32,000 nt of DNA. It comes from Mycobacterium tuberculosis H37Rv (GTDB lineage Bacteria; Actinomycetota; Actinomycetes; Mycobacteriales; Mycobacteriaceae). The notes beneath the pieces are model-generated. The model was given only the letters and a program-made list of their open reading frames with translations. It did not search any database and was not told the origin of the DNA. This document shows, piece after piece, positions 1-11,142 of this stretch (the stretch's first letter is position 1; every line of letters starts with the position of its first letter). The position numbers and the translations under genes are program-made. The stretch covers positions 3,510,001-3,542,000 of the forward strand of contig NC_000962.3 of the NCBI RefSeq assembly GCF_000195955.2. The letters are read 5' to 3'.

Positions 1-1
1 C

Positions 2-55
2 CCCATCGTGCTGGGCCGCACGGTGCTCTCACTGTTGCGCGCACCCGCCCACTAA
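2..55 (+). CDS. 3' end of an upstream gene (partial; ...PIVLGRTVLSLLRAPAH*), probably the response-regulator-like Rv3143
   Basis: Open frame from the window edge to TAA at 53-55. Identity is inferred from synteny upstream of PPE52 only. Confidence 0.5.
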   Translation, partial: PIVLGRTVLSLLRAPAH

Positions 56-87
56 CCGGACGCGGCCGGCATTCGCGGCGCGAACGT

Positions 88-1317
88 TCAGCCGCCCCGC
101 ATTTGAATCTTCGGGTCCTTTCTTACCCGAGGTCGTAATTGGCCCGCTGCCGCTTCCGGCCGCAACGACGGCGCTGTCTCCTCCGCCGCTGAAGTCTCTG
201 AAGCCTGCTGACCTTGCGCGGTGCGTAGTGTCGATTCCGGAATTCCAGAACCCGCGGATTGGCCTACCCGCGTTGTCGACAGCGGAGCGGCCTTGGCCGC
301 AACTTTCGGATCCACAGTTGGCAGCACCCCCATTGCTGGAACTTCAAGTTCTGGAACTTCCACAACGGCTTCCGGTGGCGCGGAAGCCGCCGGCTCTGGC
401 GCTCGAGCTGACTCGGTGGCAGTTCCCGGGGCAGAGTTAGTGCCGCCACGTGCCATCTGACCCAGAGCGGCGAGCGCGAGCGGGGCACCGATGAAGCCGG
501 GGCTCACAACGCCGGCATGGGCACTGGTAGCGCTCGACGCGACGACGTCTCCGGCGCCAACATCGCCACCGCCGAAATTCCCTTGGCCTACACTGCCATG
601 GGCCGGATCACCGGCCGCTAACCCGGCGCTAGCCACGCCGCCTCCGACGTAGCCGACGCCCCCGCCGCTAGCGGTTGCACCTCCGGTGCCGACGCTCTCA
701 CCGCCGCCGGTGCCGACGCTCTCGCCGCCAGTAGCGCCGGTGCCGACGCTCTCACCGCCAGTAGCGCCGGTGGCGCCGGCACCCAAACCCGGAAATCGCT
801 GCAGCAAACTCGCCCACGGCACCACTTGCGCGGCAATCGCCGATGCCCCGGAGTAGTACCCCGACATGGCGGCCACATCCGCGGCCCACATCTCCTCGTA
901 CACACCCTCGGCGGCAGCAATCAACGGCGCGTTCTGCCCGAACAAATTCGTCATCACCAGCTGCACGAATGCGTCGCGGTTGGCGGCCACCGCCGCCGGA
1001 AGCACCGTCGCCGCCTGCGCCGCCTCGAAGATGCTGGCCACTGCGCGCGCCTGTCCCGCCGCCCCGGCCGACTGAGCCGCTGCCGCGGTCAACCACCCCG
1101 CGTAGGGAGCCGCCGCTGCCGCCATCGCCAAGGCTGCCGGACCCTGCCACGCCTGACCCGCCAGCCCGGCCGTGACCGACGCAAATGATTGCGCCGCGGT
1201 CCCCAACTCTTCGGCAAGCCCGTCCCAGGCTGCCGCCGCCGCCAGCATCGGCGCAGTGCCTGCACCGATGAACATTCGCAAGGAATTGATCTCCGGCGGC
1301 AGCACGACGAAACTCAC
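88..1317 (-). CDS. PPE52: PPE family protein PPE52 (Rv3144c-like), 409 aa
   Basis: N-terminus [20 protein letters not shown] with the PPE motif, followed by [20 protein letters not shown]; position immediately upstream of nuoA. Confidence 0.95.
   Translation of the reverse strand: MSFVVLPPEINSLRMFIGAGTAPMLAAAAAWDGLAEELGTAAQSFASVTAGLAGQAWQGPAALAMAAAAAPYAGWLTAAAAQSAGAAGQARAVASIFEAAQAATVLPAAVAANRDAFVQLVMTNLFGQNAPLIAAAEGVYEEMWAADVAAMSGYYSGASAIAAQVVPWASLLQRFPGLGAGATGATGGESVGTGATGGESVGTGGGESVGTGGATASGGGVGYVGGGVASAGLAAGDPAHGSVGQGNFGGGDVGAGDVVASSATSAHAGVVSPGFIGAPLALAALGQMARGGTNSAPGTATESARAPEPAASAPPEAVVEVPELEVPAMGVLPTVDPKVAAKAAPLSTTRVGQSAGSGIPESTLRTAQGQQASETSAAEETAPSLRPEAAAGQLRPRVRKDPKIQMRGG
687..775. 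repeat. In-frame imperfect tandem repeat in PPE52 encoding GGESVGTG(AT) units
   Basis: ggtgccgacgctctc recurs at 687, 711 and 741 (spacings 24 and 30 bp); protein [27 protein letters not shown]. Confidence 0.75.
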
Positions 1318-1681
1318 AGCTCCCGTCCTTCCGCTTCGCTGCTCGATGCCACGCCGACCTCAATACGGCCAACGATTAACCGGCAAATGCCGAGATTAAC
1401 AACAAATGCTGCGCTTATCAGGGGGTTAGACCAACATTCATACAATTCGCCGGGACGCGCAATCCCCAGTTTTGCTTCGCAGCGACCGACGCCGGACCCA
1501 GCCACGGGTTCTGCTTCGACTCGCACAGGTATGCACCAGCCTGACCCCGGGAATGTGGGGTGGCCGTTGCGCGACTATGTTGAAGGTCACTGTGACGGCC
1601 CGAAGCCCCGGTTCGTCACGGCAGCCCGGTCACCGCCCGGCCGCCGCGCTGGCGGCCCCGTACGACGGATCATGGAGCGAG

Positions 1682-2068
1682 TTGAACGTCTACATACCCA
1701 TCCTGGTACTGGCGGCGCTGGCCGCCGCCTTCGCCGTGGTGTCGGTGGTGATCGCGAGCCTGGTCGGCCCGTCGCGGTTCAACCGGTCAAAGCAGGCCGC
1801 CTACGAATGCGGGATCGAGCCCGCTAGCACTGGAGCCAGAACCTCCATTGGCCCCGGCGCGGCGAGCGGGCAGCGGTTCCCCATCAAGTACTACCTGACC
1901 GCGATGTTGTTCATCGTCTTCGACATCGAAATTGTGTTCCTCTACCCGTGGGCGGTCAGCTACGACTCGCTGGGCACGTTCGCGCTGGTCGAGATGGCGA
2001 TATTCATGCTCACGGTGTTCGTGGCCTACGCGTATGTGTGGCGCCGCGGGGGCCTGACGTGGGATTGA
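1682..2068 (+). CDS. nuoA: NADH-quinone oxidoreductase subunit A (128 aa, TTG start)
   Basis: MNVYIPILVLAALAAAFAVV...SKQAAYECGIEP...FPIKYYLTAMLFIVFDIEIVFLYPWAV is a classic NuoA signature. GGAGCG lies just upstream of the TTG at 1682. The longer ORF from 1472 is a spurious extension. Confidence 0.95.
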   Translation: MNVYIPILVLAALAAAFAVVSVVIASLVGPSRFNRSKQAAYECGIEPASTGARTSIGPGAASGQRFPIKYYLTAMLFIVFDIEIVFLYPWAVSYDSLGTFALVEMAIFMLTVFVAYAYVWRRGGLTWD

Positions 2069-2076
2069 GGTAGGGC

Positions 2077-2631
2077 GTGGGACTGGAAGAACAGCTGCCC
2101 GGCGGGATCCTGCTGTCGACCGTCGAGAAGGTGGCGGGCTATGTCCGCAAAAACTCCCTGTGGCCGGCAACATTCGGATTGGCGTGCTGTGCGATCGAGA
2201 TGATGGCGACCGCGGGACCAAGGTTTGACATTGCGCGGTTCGGGATGGAACGGTTCTCGGCCACGCCGCGGCAGGCAGATCTGATGATCGTGGCGGGCCG
2301 GGTCAGCCAGAAGATGGCGCCGGTACTGCGCCAGATCTATGACCAGATGGCGGAGCCGAAATGGGTTCTGGCCATGGGTGTGTGCGCCTCGTCAGGTGGG
2401 ATGTTCAACAACTATGCGATCGTGCAGGGCGTGGATCATGTTGTTCCGGTCGACATCTACCTACCCGGCTGCCCGCCGCGCCCGGAGATGCTGCTGCACG
2501 CAATCCTGAAGCTGCACGAAAAGATTCAGCAGATGCCATTAGGTATCAACCGGGAACGCGCTATCGCCGAGGCCGAAGAGGCGGCGTTGTTGGCCCGGCC
2601 CACCATCGAGATGCGCGGACTGCTGCGATGA
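2077..2631 (+). CDS. nuoB: NADH-quinone oxidoreductase subunit B (184 aa)
   Basis: [24 protein letters not shown]...[37 protein letters not shown], the NuoB Fe-S cluster N2 signature; GTG start. Confidence 0.97.
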
Positions 2632-3338
2632 GCCCGCCGAACCAAGACGCCCAGGAAGGCCGCCCGGACTCCCCCACCGCGGAGGTGGTCGACGTTCGCC
2701 GCGGCATGTTCGGCGTCTCGGGCACCGGTGACACCTCCGGTTACGGACGGTTGGTGCGCCAAGTCGTCCTCCCTGGCAGCAGCCCCCGGCCCTACGGCGG
2801 CTACTTCGACGATATCGTCGACCGGCTGGCCGAGGCACTGCGGCACGAGCGCGTCGAATTCGAGGACGCCGTCGAGAAAGTCGTGGTCTACCGCGATGAA
2901 CTGACCCTGCACGTCCGCCGGGATCTACTGCCGCGGGTCGCCCAGCGGCTGCGCGACGAACCCGAATTGCGATTCGAGCTGTGTCTTGGGGTGAGCGGGG
3001 TGCACTACCCGCACGAGACGGGTCGGGAGCTGCATGCCGTCTACCCGCTGCAGTCGATCACCCACAACCGTCGCCTCCGGTTGGAAGTGTCTGCGCCGGA
3101 CAGTGATCCGCACATCCCTTCCCTGTTCGCGATCTATCCGACCAACGACTGGCACGAGCGGGAAACCTACGACTTCTTCGGGATCATCTTCGACGGCCAT
3201 CCGGCCCTGACCCGGATCGAGATGCCCGATGACTGGCAGGGGCATCCGCAACGCAAGGACTACCCTCTCGGCGGCATCCCGGTCGAATACAAGGGCGCGC
3301 AGATACCCCCGCCCGACGAGCGGAGGGGCTACAACTGA
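2628..3338 (+). CDS. nuoC: NADH-quinone oxidoreductase subunit C (236 aa)
   Basis: ATG at 2628 overlaps the nuoB stop (ATGA). Contains [41 protein letters not shown], the 30 kDa subunit signature. Confidence 0.97.
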
Positions 3339-4660
3339 TGACGGCAATCGCCGACTCGGCTGGCGGCGCCGGCGAGACCGTCCTGGTCGCTGGCGGGCAG
3401 GACTGGCAGCAGGTCGTGGACGCCGCGCGCAGCGCGGATCCCGGTGAACGCATCGTCGTCAACATGGGGCCCCAGCACCCGTCTACCCACGGGGTGTTGC
3501 GGTTAATCCTGGAGATCGAGGGCGAAACAGTCGTCGAAGCCCGGTGCGGAATCGGCTACCTGCACACCGGAATCGAGAAGAACCTCGAATACCGGTACTG
3601 GACCCAGGGCGTCACCTTCGTGACCCGAATGGATTACCTGTCACCGTTTTTCAACGAAACCGCCTACTGCCTCGGCGTGGAGAAGCTGCTCGGCATCACC
3701 GATGAGATACCCGAGCGGGTCAACGTCATCCGCGTGCTGATGATGGAGCTCAACCGGATCTCGTCGCATTTGGTCGCATTGGCGACCGGGGGCATGGAAT
3801 TGGGCGCCATGACTCCGATGTTCGTCGGCTTCCGGGCACGCGAGATCGTGCTCACGCTGTTCGAAAAGATCACCGGTTTGCGGATGAACAGCGCCTACAT
3901 CCGACCCGGCGGCGTGGCGCAGGACTTACCGCCCAACGCGGCCACCGAAATCGCGGAAGCACTCAAGCAGTTGCGCCAACCACTGCGCGAAATGGGCGAG
4001 CTGCTCAACGAAAACGCCATCTGGAAGGCCCGCACCCAGGGCGTCGGATACCTGGATCTGACCGGATGCATGGCACTGGGCATCACCGGCCCGATACTGC
4101 GTTCCACTGGGTTGCCCCACGACCTGCGGAAAAGCGAGCCCTACTGCGGATACCAGCACTATGAATTCGATGTGATCACCGACGACAGCTGTGATGCCTA
4201 CGGGCGCTACATGATTCGCGTCAAAGAGATGTGGGAGTCGATGAAGATCGTGGAGCAGTGTCTGGACAAGTTACGACCCGGCCCGACCATGATCTCCGAT
4301 CGCAAGCTCGCCTGGCCGGCCGACCTGCAGGTGGGGCCCGACGGCCTGGGCAACTCACCCAAGCACATCGCCAAAATCATGGGCTCCTCGATGGAAGCGC
4401 TGATCCACCACTTCAAACTGGTCACCGAGGGCATCCGGGTGCCGGCGGGCCAGGTCTACGTCGCGGTGGAGTCCCCCCGTGGTGAGCTCGGCGTACACAT
4501 GGTCAGCGACGGTGGCACCCGCCCCTACCGGGTGCACTACCGGGATCCCTCCTTCACCAACCTGCAGTCCGTCGCCGCGATGTGCGAAGGCGGGATGGTC
4601 GCCGATTTGATCGCGGCGGTCGCCAGCATTGACCCGGTCATGGGCGGGGTGGACCGGTGA
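3338..4660 (+). CDS. nuoD: NADH-quinone oxidoreductase subunit D (440 aa)
   Basis: [15 protein letters not shown]...[10 protein letters not shown], the 49 kDa subunit signature. Confidence 0.97.
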   Translation: MTAIADSAGGAGETVLVAGGQDWQQVVDAARSADPGERIVVNMGPQHPSTHGVLRLILEIEGETVVEARCGIGYLHTGIEKNLEYRYWTQGVTFVTRMDYLSPFFNETAYCLGVEKLLGITDEIPERVNVIRVLMMELNRISSHLVALATGGMELGAMTPMFVGFRAREIVLTLFEKITGLRMNSAYIRPGGVAQDLPPNAATEIAEALKQLRQPLREMGELLNENAIWKARTQGVGYLDLTGCMALGITGPILRSTGLPHDLRKSEPYCGYQHYEFDVITDDSCDAYGRYMIRVKEMWESMKIVEQCLDKLRPGPTMISDRKLAWPADLQVGPDGLGNSPKHIAKIMGSSMEALIHHFKLVTEGIRVPAGQVYVAVESPRGELGVHMVSDGGTRPYRVHYRDPSFTNLQSVAAMCEGGMVADLIAAVASIDPVMGGVDR

Positions 4661-5415
4661 CACAGCCACCCGGTCAGCCGGTGTTCATCCGGCTCGGACC
4701 GCCACCGGACGAACCCAACCAGTTTGTCGTCGAGGGCGCTCCGCGGTCGTATCCGCCGGACGTACTGGCGCGGCTGGAGGTCGACGCCAAGGAGATCATC
4801 GGCCGCTATCCCGACAGGCGCTCGGCGCTGTTGCCGTTGCTGCACCTGGTGCAGGGCGAGGATTCCTACCTGACGCCGGCGGGTTTGCGGTTCTGCGCCG
4901 ATCAACTCGGGCTGACCGGGGCCGAGGTGTCGGCGGTGGCCAGCTTCTACACCATGTACCGCCGGCGCCCCACCGGCGAGTACCTGGTGGGTGTGTGCAC
5001 GAACACGCTGTGCGCCGTCATGGGCGGCGACGCCATCTTCGACCGCCTCAAAGAGCATCTCGGCGTCGGCCACGACGAAACCACCTCCGACGGTGTGGTC
5101 ACCTTGCAACACATCGAATGCAACGCCGCCTGCGATTACGCACCGGTGGTGATGGTCAACTGGGAATTCTTCGACAACCAGACGCCGGAGTCCGCGCGCG
5201 AACTCGTCGACTCGCTGCGCTCCGACACACCGAAGGCGCCCACCCGCGGCGCGCCGCTGTGCGGCTTCCGGCAAACATCGCGCATCCTGGCGGGTCTACC
5301 CGACCAGCGTCCCGACGAAGGCCAGGGCGGTCCCGGCGCGCCCACCCTGGCCGGGCTGCAGGTGGCAAGGAAGAACGACATGCAGGCGCCACCAACCCCC
5401 GGAGCGGACGAATGA
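4657..5415 (+). CDS. nuoE: NADH-quinone oxidoreductase subunit E (252 aa)
   Basis: 24 kDa subunit with 2Fe-2S cysteines (CTNTLC...CNAACDYAP); GTG start overlaps the nuoD stop. Confidence 0.96.
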   Translation: MTQPPGQPVFIRLGPPPDEPNQFVVEGAPRSYPPDVLARLEVDAKEIIGRYPDRRSALLPLLHLVQGEDSYLTPAGLRFCADQLGLTGAEVSAVASFYTMYRRRPTGEYLVGVCTNTLCAVMGGDAIFDRLKEHLGVGHDETTSDGVVTLQHIECNAACDYAPVVMVNWEFFDNQTPESARELVDSLRSDTPKAPTRGAPLCGFRQTSRILAGLPDQRPDEGQGGPGAPTLAGLQVARKNDMQAPPTPGADE

Positions 5416-6749
5416 CCACGCAGGCCACCCCGTTGACCCCGGTGATCAGCCGCCACTGGGACGACCCGGAGTCGTGGACCCTGGCCACTTATCAACGCCA
5501 CGATCGCTATCGGGGCTATCAGGCGTTGCAGAAAGCCCTGACGATGCCGCCCGACGACGTGATCAGCATCGTCAAGGATTCCGGGTTACGCGGACGCGGC
5601 GGCGCGGGCTTTGCCACCGGGACCAAGTGGTCGTTCATCCCGCAGGGCGACACCGGCGCCGCGGCCAAGCCGCACTACCTGGTGGTCAACGCCGACGAGT
5701 CCGAACCCGGTACGTGCAAAGACATTCCGTTGATGCTGGCGACGCCACATGTGCTCATCGAAGGCGTCATCATCGCCGCCTACGCGATCCGCGCCCATCA
5801 CGCGTTCGTCTACGTACGCGGTGAGGTGGTGCCGGTATTGCGCCGGCTGCACAACGCGGTGGCCGAGGCCTATGCCGCCGGCTTCCTAGGCCGCAACATC
5901 GGAGGTTCCGGATTCGATCTGGAGCTGGTGGTACACGCCGGCGCGGGCGCCTACATCTGCGGCGAGGAGACCGCCCTGCTCGACTCGCTGGAAGGCCGGC
6001 GCGGCCAGCCGCGGCTGCGGCCCCCCTTCCCCGCGGTGGCCGGTCTGTATGGCTGCCCGACCGTGATCAACAACGTCGAAACGATCGCCAGTGTCCCATC
6101 GATCATCCTGGGCGGCATCGACTGGTTCCGGTCGATGGGCAGCGAGAAATCGCCTGGCTTCACCCTGTATTCGCTGTCCGGCCACGTCACCCGCCCCGGC
6201 CAGTACGAGGCGCCGCTGGGCATTACGCTGCGCGAGTTGCTCGACTACGCAGGCGGGGTGCGCGCCGGGCACCGGCTGAAGTTCTGGACACCGGGCGGCT
6301 CGTCGACCCCGCTGCTCACCGACGAGCATCTGGATGTGCCGCTGGACTACGAGGGTGTGGGTGCGGCCGGCTCGATGCTGGGGACCAAGGCGCTGGAGAT
6401 CTTCGACGAGACCACCTGCGTGGTGCGCGCGGTGCGCCGCTGGACCGAGTTCTACAAGCACGAATCGTGTGGGAAATGCACGCCGTGCCGGGAGGGCACC
6501 TTCTGGCTGGATAAGATCTACGAGCGGCTGGAAACCGGCCGGGGTAGCCATGAAGACATTGACAAACTGTTGGACATTTCCGATTCCATCTTGGGAAAGT
6601 CGTTCTGCGCGTTGGGCGACGGTGCCGCGAGTCCGGTGATGTCGTCGATCAAGCACTTCCGCGACGAGTACCTGGCCCACGTCGAAGGAGGCGGTTGCCC
6701 ATTCGACCCCCGAGACTCCATGCTCGTCGCGAACGGAGTGGACGCGTGA
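5412..6749 (+). CDS. nuoF: NADH-quinone oxidoreductase subunit F (445 aa)
   Basis: [23 protein letters not shown]-type FMN/NADH motifs, and [12 protein letters not shown] Fe-S motif. ATG 5412 overlaps the nuoE stop. Confidence 0.97.
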
Positions 6750-9166
6750 CCCAGGCGGCCGACACTGACATCCGGGTAGGCCAACCGGAGATGGTGACAC
6801 TGACCATCGACGGCGTCGAAATCAGCGTCCCCAAGGGCACGTTGGTGATTCGCGCCGCCGAACTGATGGGAATCCAGATCCCGCGATTCTGCGACCACCC
6901 GCTGCTGGAGCCCGTCGGCGCCTGCCGGCAATGCCTGGTCGAGGTCGAAGGGCAACGCAAGCCGCTGGCGTCGTGCACCACCGTGGCCACCGACGACATG
7001 GTGGTGCGCACCCAACTCACCTCCGAGATTGCCGACAAGGCCCAGCACGGTGTGATGGAACTGCTGCTGATCAACCATCCGCTGGATTGCCCGATGTGCG
7101 ACAAGGGCGGTGAATGCCCGCTGCAAAACCAGGCAATGTCTAACGGCCGCACGGATTCTCGCTTCACCGAGGCCAAACGTACCTTCGCCAAACCGATCAA
7201 CATCTCCGCGCAGGTGCTGCTGGACCGCGAACGTTGCATCCTGTGCGCCCGCTGCACCCGGTTCTCCGACCAGATCGCCGGCGATCCGTTCATCGATATG
7301 CAGGAGCGCGGCGCCCTGCAGCAGGTCGGTATCTACGCCGATGAACCGTTCGAGTCGTACTTCTCCGGCAACACGGTGCAGATCTGCCCGGTGGGGGCGC
7401 TAACGGGGACCGCCTACCGGTTCCGCGCGCGTCCGTTCGATTTGGTCTCCAGCCCCAGCGTCTGCGAGCACTGCGCGTCGGGCTGCGCGCAACGCACCGA
7501 CCATCGCCGCGGCAAGGTGCTGCGGCGGCTGGCCGGTGACGACCCGGAAGTCAACGAGGAGTGGAACTGCGACAAGGGCCGGTGGGCCTTCACGTACGCG
7601 ACCCAGCCGGACGTGATCACCACTCCCCTGATCCGCGACGGTGGGGACCCCAAGGGCGCGCTGGTGCCCACCTCGTGGTCGCACGCAATGGCGGTGGCCG
7701 CCCAGGGACTGGCGGCAGCGCGGGGCCGCACCGGGGTGCTGGTCGGCGGCCGAGTGACCTGGGAGGACGCCTACGCGTACGCCAAGTTCGCGCGGATCAC
7801 GTTGGGCACCAACGACATCGACTTCCGCGCCCGGCCGCACTCGGCCGAGGAGGCCGACTTCCTGGCGGCCCGCATCGCCGGGCGGCATATGGCGGTCAGC
7901 TATGCCGATTTGGAATCGGCTCCGGTGGTGCTGCTGGTGGGATTCGAGCCCGAAGACGAGTCGCCGATCGTGTTTCTGCGGTTACGCAAGGCCGCTCGCA
8001 GACACCGCGTCCCGGTGTACACGATCGCCCCCTTTGCCACTGGTGGCCTGCACAAAATGTCGGGCCGGCTGATCAAAACCGTTCCTGGTGGCGAACCCGC
8101 GGCGCTGGACGATCTGGCCACCGGTGCAGTGGGCGACCTGCTGGCCACCCCGGGCGCGGTCATCATAGTCGGGGAGCGCTTGGCCACGGTACCGGGCGGA
8201 TTGTCGGCGGCCGCTCGGCTGGCCGATACGACCGGCGCCCGTTTGGCGTGGGTGCCGCGGCGGGCGGGGGAACGCGGAGCGCTGGAAGCCGGAGCGTTGC
8301 CCACGCTGTTACCCGGTGGCCGCCCGCTGGCCGACGAGGTCGCCCGCGCGCAGGTGTGTGCGGCGTGGCATATCGCCGAATTGCCTGCCGCGGCTGGACG
8401 GGACGCCGACGGCATCCTGGCCGCCGCTGCCGACGAGACGTTGGCTGCGCTGCTGGTCGGGGGTATCGAACCCGCGGACTTCGCCGACCCGGACGCCGTG
8501 CTGGCCGCGTTGGACGCCACCGGTTTCGTGGTCAGCCTGGAGCTGCGACACAGTACGGTCACCGAACGCGCCGACGTGGTGTTCCCGGTCGCGCCGACGA
8601 CCCAGAAAGCCGGCGCGTTCGTCAACTGGGAGGGTCGCTACCGTACATTCGAACCCGCGCTGCGCGGCAGCACACTGCAAGCTGGCCAGTCGGATCACCG
8701 GGTGCTGGACGCGTTGGCCGACGACATGGGTGTCCATCTGGGCGTGCCCACCGTGGAGGCGGCCCGCGAGGAGCTGGCCGCGCTCGGTATCTGGGACGGC
8801 AAACACGCTGCCGGTCCCCACATCGCGGCCACCGGGCCGACCCAACCCGAAGCTGGTGAGGCGATCTTGACCGGGTGGCGGATGCTCCTCGACGAGGGCC
8901 GCCTGCAGGACGGCGAACCATATCTGGCCGGTACCGCGCGCACACCCGTGGTACGGCTGTCGCCGGATACGGCAGCCGAGATCGGCGCCGCCGATGGCGA
9001 GGCGGTCACGGTCAGCACGTCACGCGGCTCAATCACCTTGCCGTGCAGTGTCACCGACATGCCCGACCGCGTCGTGTGGCTTCCGCTGAACTCGGCGGGC
9101 TCGACGGTGCACCGACAGCTGAGGGTGACAATCGGCAGCATCGTGAAAATCGGAGCGGGCTCATGA
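6746..9166 (+). CDS. nuoG: NADH-quinone oxidoreductase subunit G (806 aa)
   Basis: N-terminal 2Fe-2S ferredoxin domain, [13 protein letters not shown], and molybdopterin-oxidoreductase-like C-terminus; GTG 6746 overlaps the nuoF stop. Confidence 0.96.
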
Positions 9167-9195
9167 GCGTCTCCCCTTGCCGCGAGCGCGCGTGT

Positions 9196-9222
9196 TCCCC
9201 CGCAAGCGGGAGGTGCCCCCAG
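9196..9222 (+). repeat. Short GC-rich dispersed repeat, copy 1 (nuoG-nuoH intergenic)
   Basis: tcccccgcaagcgggaggtgcccccag; same core as copies at 10532 and 14471. Confidence 0.75.
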
Positions 9223-9281
9223 TACGCCGACACACCGATTTTGATGTACCAGTGCGGACCCTCGCGCAAGGAGTGGCGGCC

Positions 9282-10514
9282 ATGACCACGTTCGGCCACG
9301 ACACCTGGTGGCTGGTGGCGGCCAAAGCGATCGCGGTATTCGTGTTCCTCATGCTGACGGTGCTGGTGGCGATCCTGGCCGAACGCAAGCTGCTGGGCCG
9401 GATGCAGTTGCGGCCCGGCCCCAACCGGGTTGGCCCAAAAGGAGCCCTGCAGAGCCTGGCTGACGGCATCAAGCTGGCGCTCAAAGAGAGCATCACACCC
9501 GGTGGCATCGATCGATTCGTATATTTTGTGGCGCCGATCATTTCGGTGATTCCGGCATTCACCGCTTTCGCGTTCATCCCGTTTGGTCCCGAGGTGTCGG
9601 TGTTTGGCCACCGGACACCGTTGCAGATAACCGACCTTCCCGTCGCCGTGCTGTTCATCCTGGGACTGTCGGCGATCGGGGTATACGGCATCGTGCTGGG
9701 CGGTTGGGCGTCCGGGTCCACCTACCCGCTGCTGGGCGGGGTGCGCTCCACCGCGCAGGTCATCTCCTACGAGGTCGCGATGGGCCTGTCGTTCGCGACG
9801 GTGTTCCTTATGGCCGGCACCATGTCGACGTCGCAGATCGTGGCCGCACAAGACGGTGTCTGGTATGCCTTCCTGTTGTTGCCGTCATTCGTCATCTATC
9901 TCATTTCTATGGTGGGTGAAACCAACCGGGCGCCGTTCGATTTGCCCGAAGCCGAGGGCGAGCTGGTCGCGGGATTCCACACCGAGTACTCGTCGTTGAA
10001 GTTCGCGATGTTCATGCTCGCCGAGTACGTCAATATGACTACGGTTTCGGCACTGGCCGCGACCCTATTCTTCGGTGGCTGGCATGCTCCCTGGCCGCTG
10101 AACATGTGGGCGAGCGCCAACACCGGCTGGTGGCCACTGATCTGGTTCACCGCTAAAGTGTGGGGCTTTCTGTTCATCTATTTCTGGCTGCGGGCTACGC
10201 TGCCGCGGCTGCGCTACGACCAGTTCATGGCGCTGGGCTGGAAGTTATTGATCCCCGTCTCGCTGGTGTGGGTGATGGTCGCCGCGATCATCCGCTCACT
10301 ACGCAACCAGGGCTACCAGTACTGGACCCCGACTCTGGTGTTTAGCAGCATTGTCGTTGCCGCTGCCATGGTGCTGTTGTTGCGAAAGCCGTTGAGCGCT
10401 CCCGGCGCTCGCGCATCGGCACGGCAACGCGGGGACGAAGGCACCAGCCCTGAACCGGCATTTCCGACACCACCGCTGCTAGCCGGTGCAACCAAGGAGA
10501 ATGCAGGTGGCTAA
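9282..10514 (+). CDS. nuoH: NADH-quinone oxidoreductase subunit H (410 aa)
   Basis: [32 protein letters not shown] and [27 protein letters not shown], NuoH signatures. Confidence 0.96.
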
Positions 10515-11142
10515 CACTGATCGTCCGGCTCTCCCCCACAAGCGGGCGGTACCCCCATCTCGGGCTGACTCCGGCCCGCGTCGTCGCCGGACTAAGTTAC
10601 TGGACGCCGTAGCCGGATTCGGGGTAACGCTTGGTTCGATGTTCAAAAAGACGGTCACCGAGGAGTATCCGGAAAGGCCCGGTCCGGTAGCAGCGCGCTA
10701 CCACGGCCGTCATCAGCTCAACCGGTATCCGGACGGCCTGGAGAAATGCATCGGCTGCGAGTTGTGCGCCTGGGCCTGCCCGGCCGACGCAATCTATGTC
10801 GAGGGCGCGGACAATACCGAAGAGGAGCGGTTTTCGCCGGGCGAACGCTACGGCCGGGTGTACCAGATTAACTATTTGCGTTGCATCGGTTGCGGTTTGT
10901 GCATCGAGGCGTGCCCGACGCGGGCGCTGACGATGACCTATGATTACGAACTGGCCGACGACAACCGCGCCGACCTGATCTACGAGAAGGACCGGCTGCT
11001 GGCCCCGCTGCTGCCCGAGATGGCCGCGCCGCCGCATCCGCGGACGCCCGGTGCCACCGATAAGGACTACTACCTAGGCAATGTGACCGCCGAGGGCTTG
11101 CGGGGCGTGCGTGAGAGCCAGACCACCGGAGATTCCCGATGA
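10507..11142 (+). CDS. nuoI: NADH-quinone oxidoreductase subunit I (211 aa)
   Basis: Two 4Fe-4S motifs, [16 protein letters not shown] and [16 protein letters not shown]; GTG 10507 overlaps the nuoH end. The exact start is uncertain (see findings). Confidence 0.93.
10532..10558 (+). repeat. Short GC-rich dispersed repeat, copy 2 (start of the nuoI reading frame)
   Basis: tcccccacaagcgggcggtacccccat, close to the other two copies over about 27 bp. Confidence 0.7.

Noticed and set aside
4629-6749. 706-aa ORF that might suggest a NuoE-NuoF fusion or a longer NuoF
   Set aside because: The first ~260 codons are out-of-frame readthrough of nuoE; ATG 5412 overlapping the nuoE stop is the natural nuoF start.
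5886-6800. 304-aa and other long minus ORFs opposite nuoF
   Set aside because: Antisense shadow ORFs with low-complexity composition and no supporting signals.
7900-8625. 241-aa minus-strand ORF (plus 8309..8845 -) opposite nuoG
   Set aside because: Ala/Ser/Arg-rich shadow ORFs opposite a confidently assigned nuoG, typical of 65% GC DNA.
7561-8859. 432-aa + frame ORF overlapping nuoG
   Set aside because: Gly/Arg-rich out-of-frame translation with no recognisable domain; nuoG in the true frame is intact and conserved throughout.
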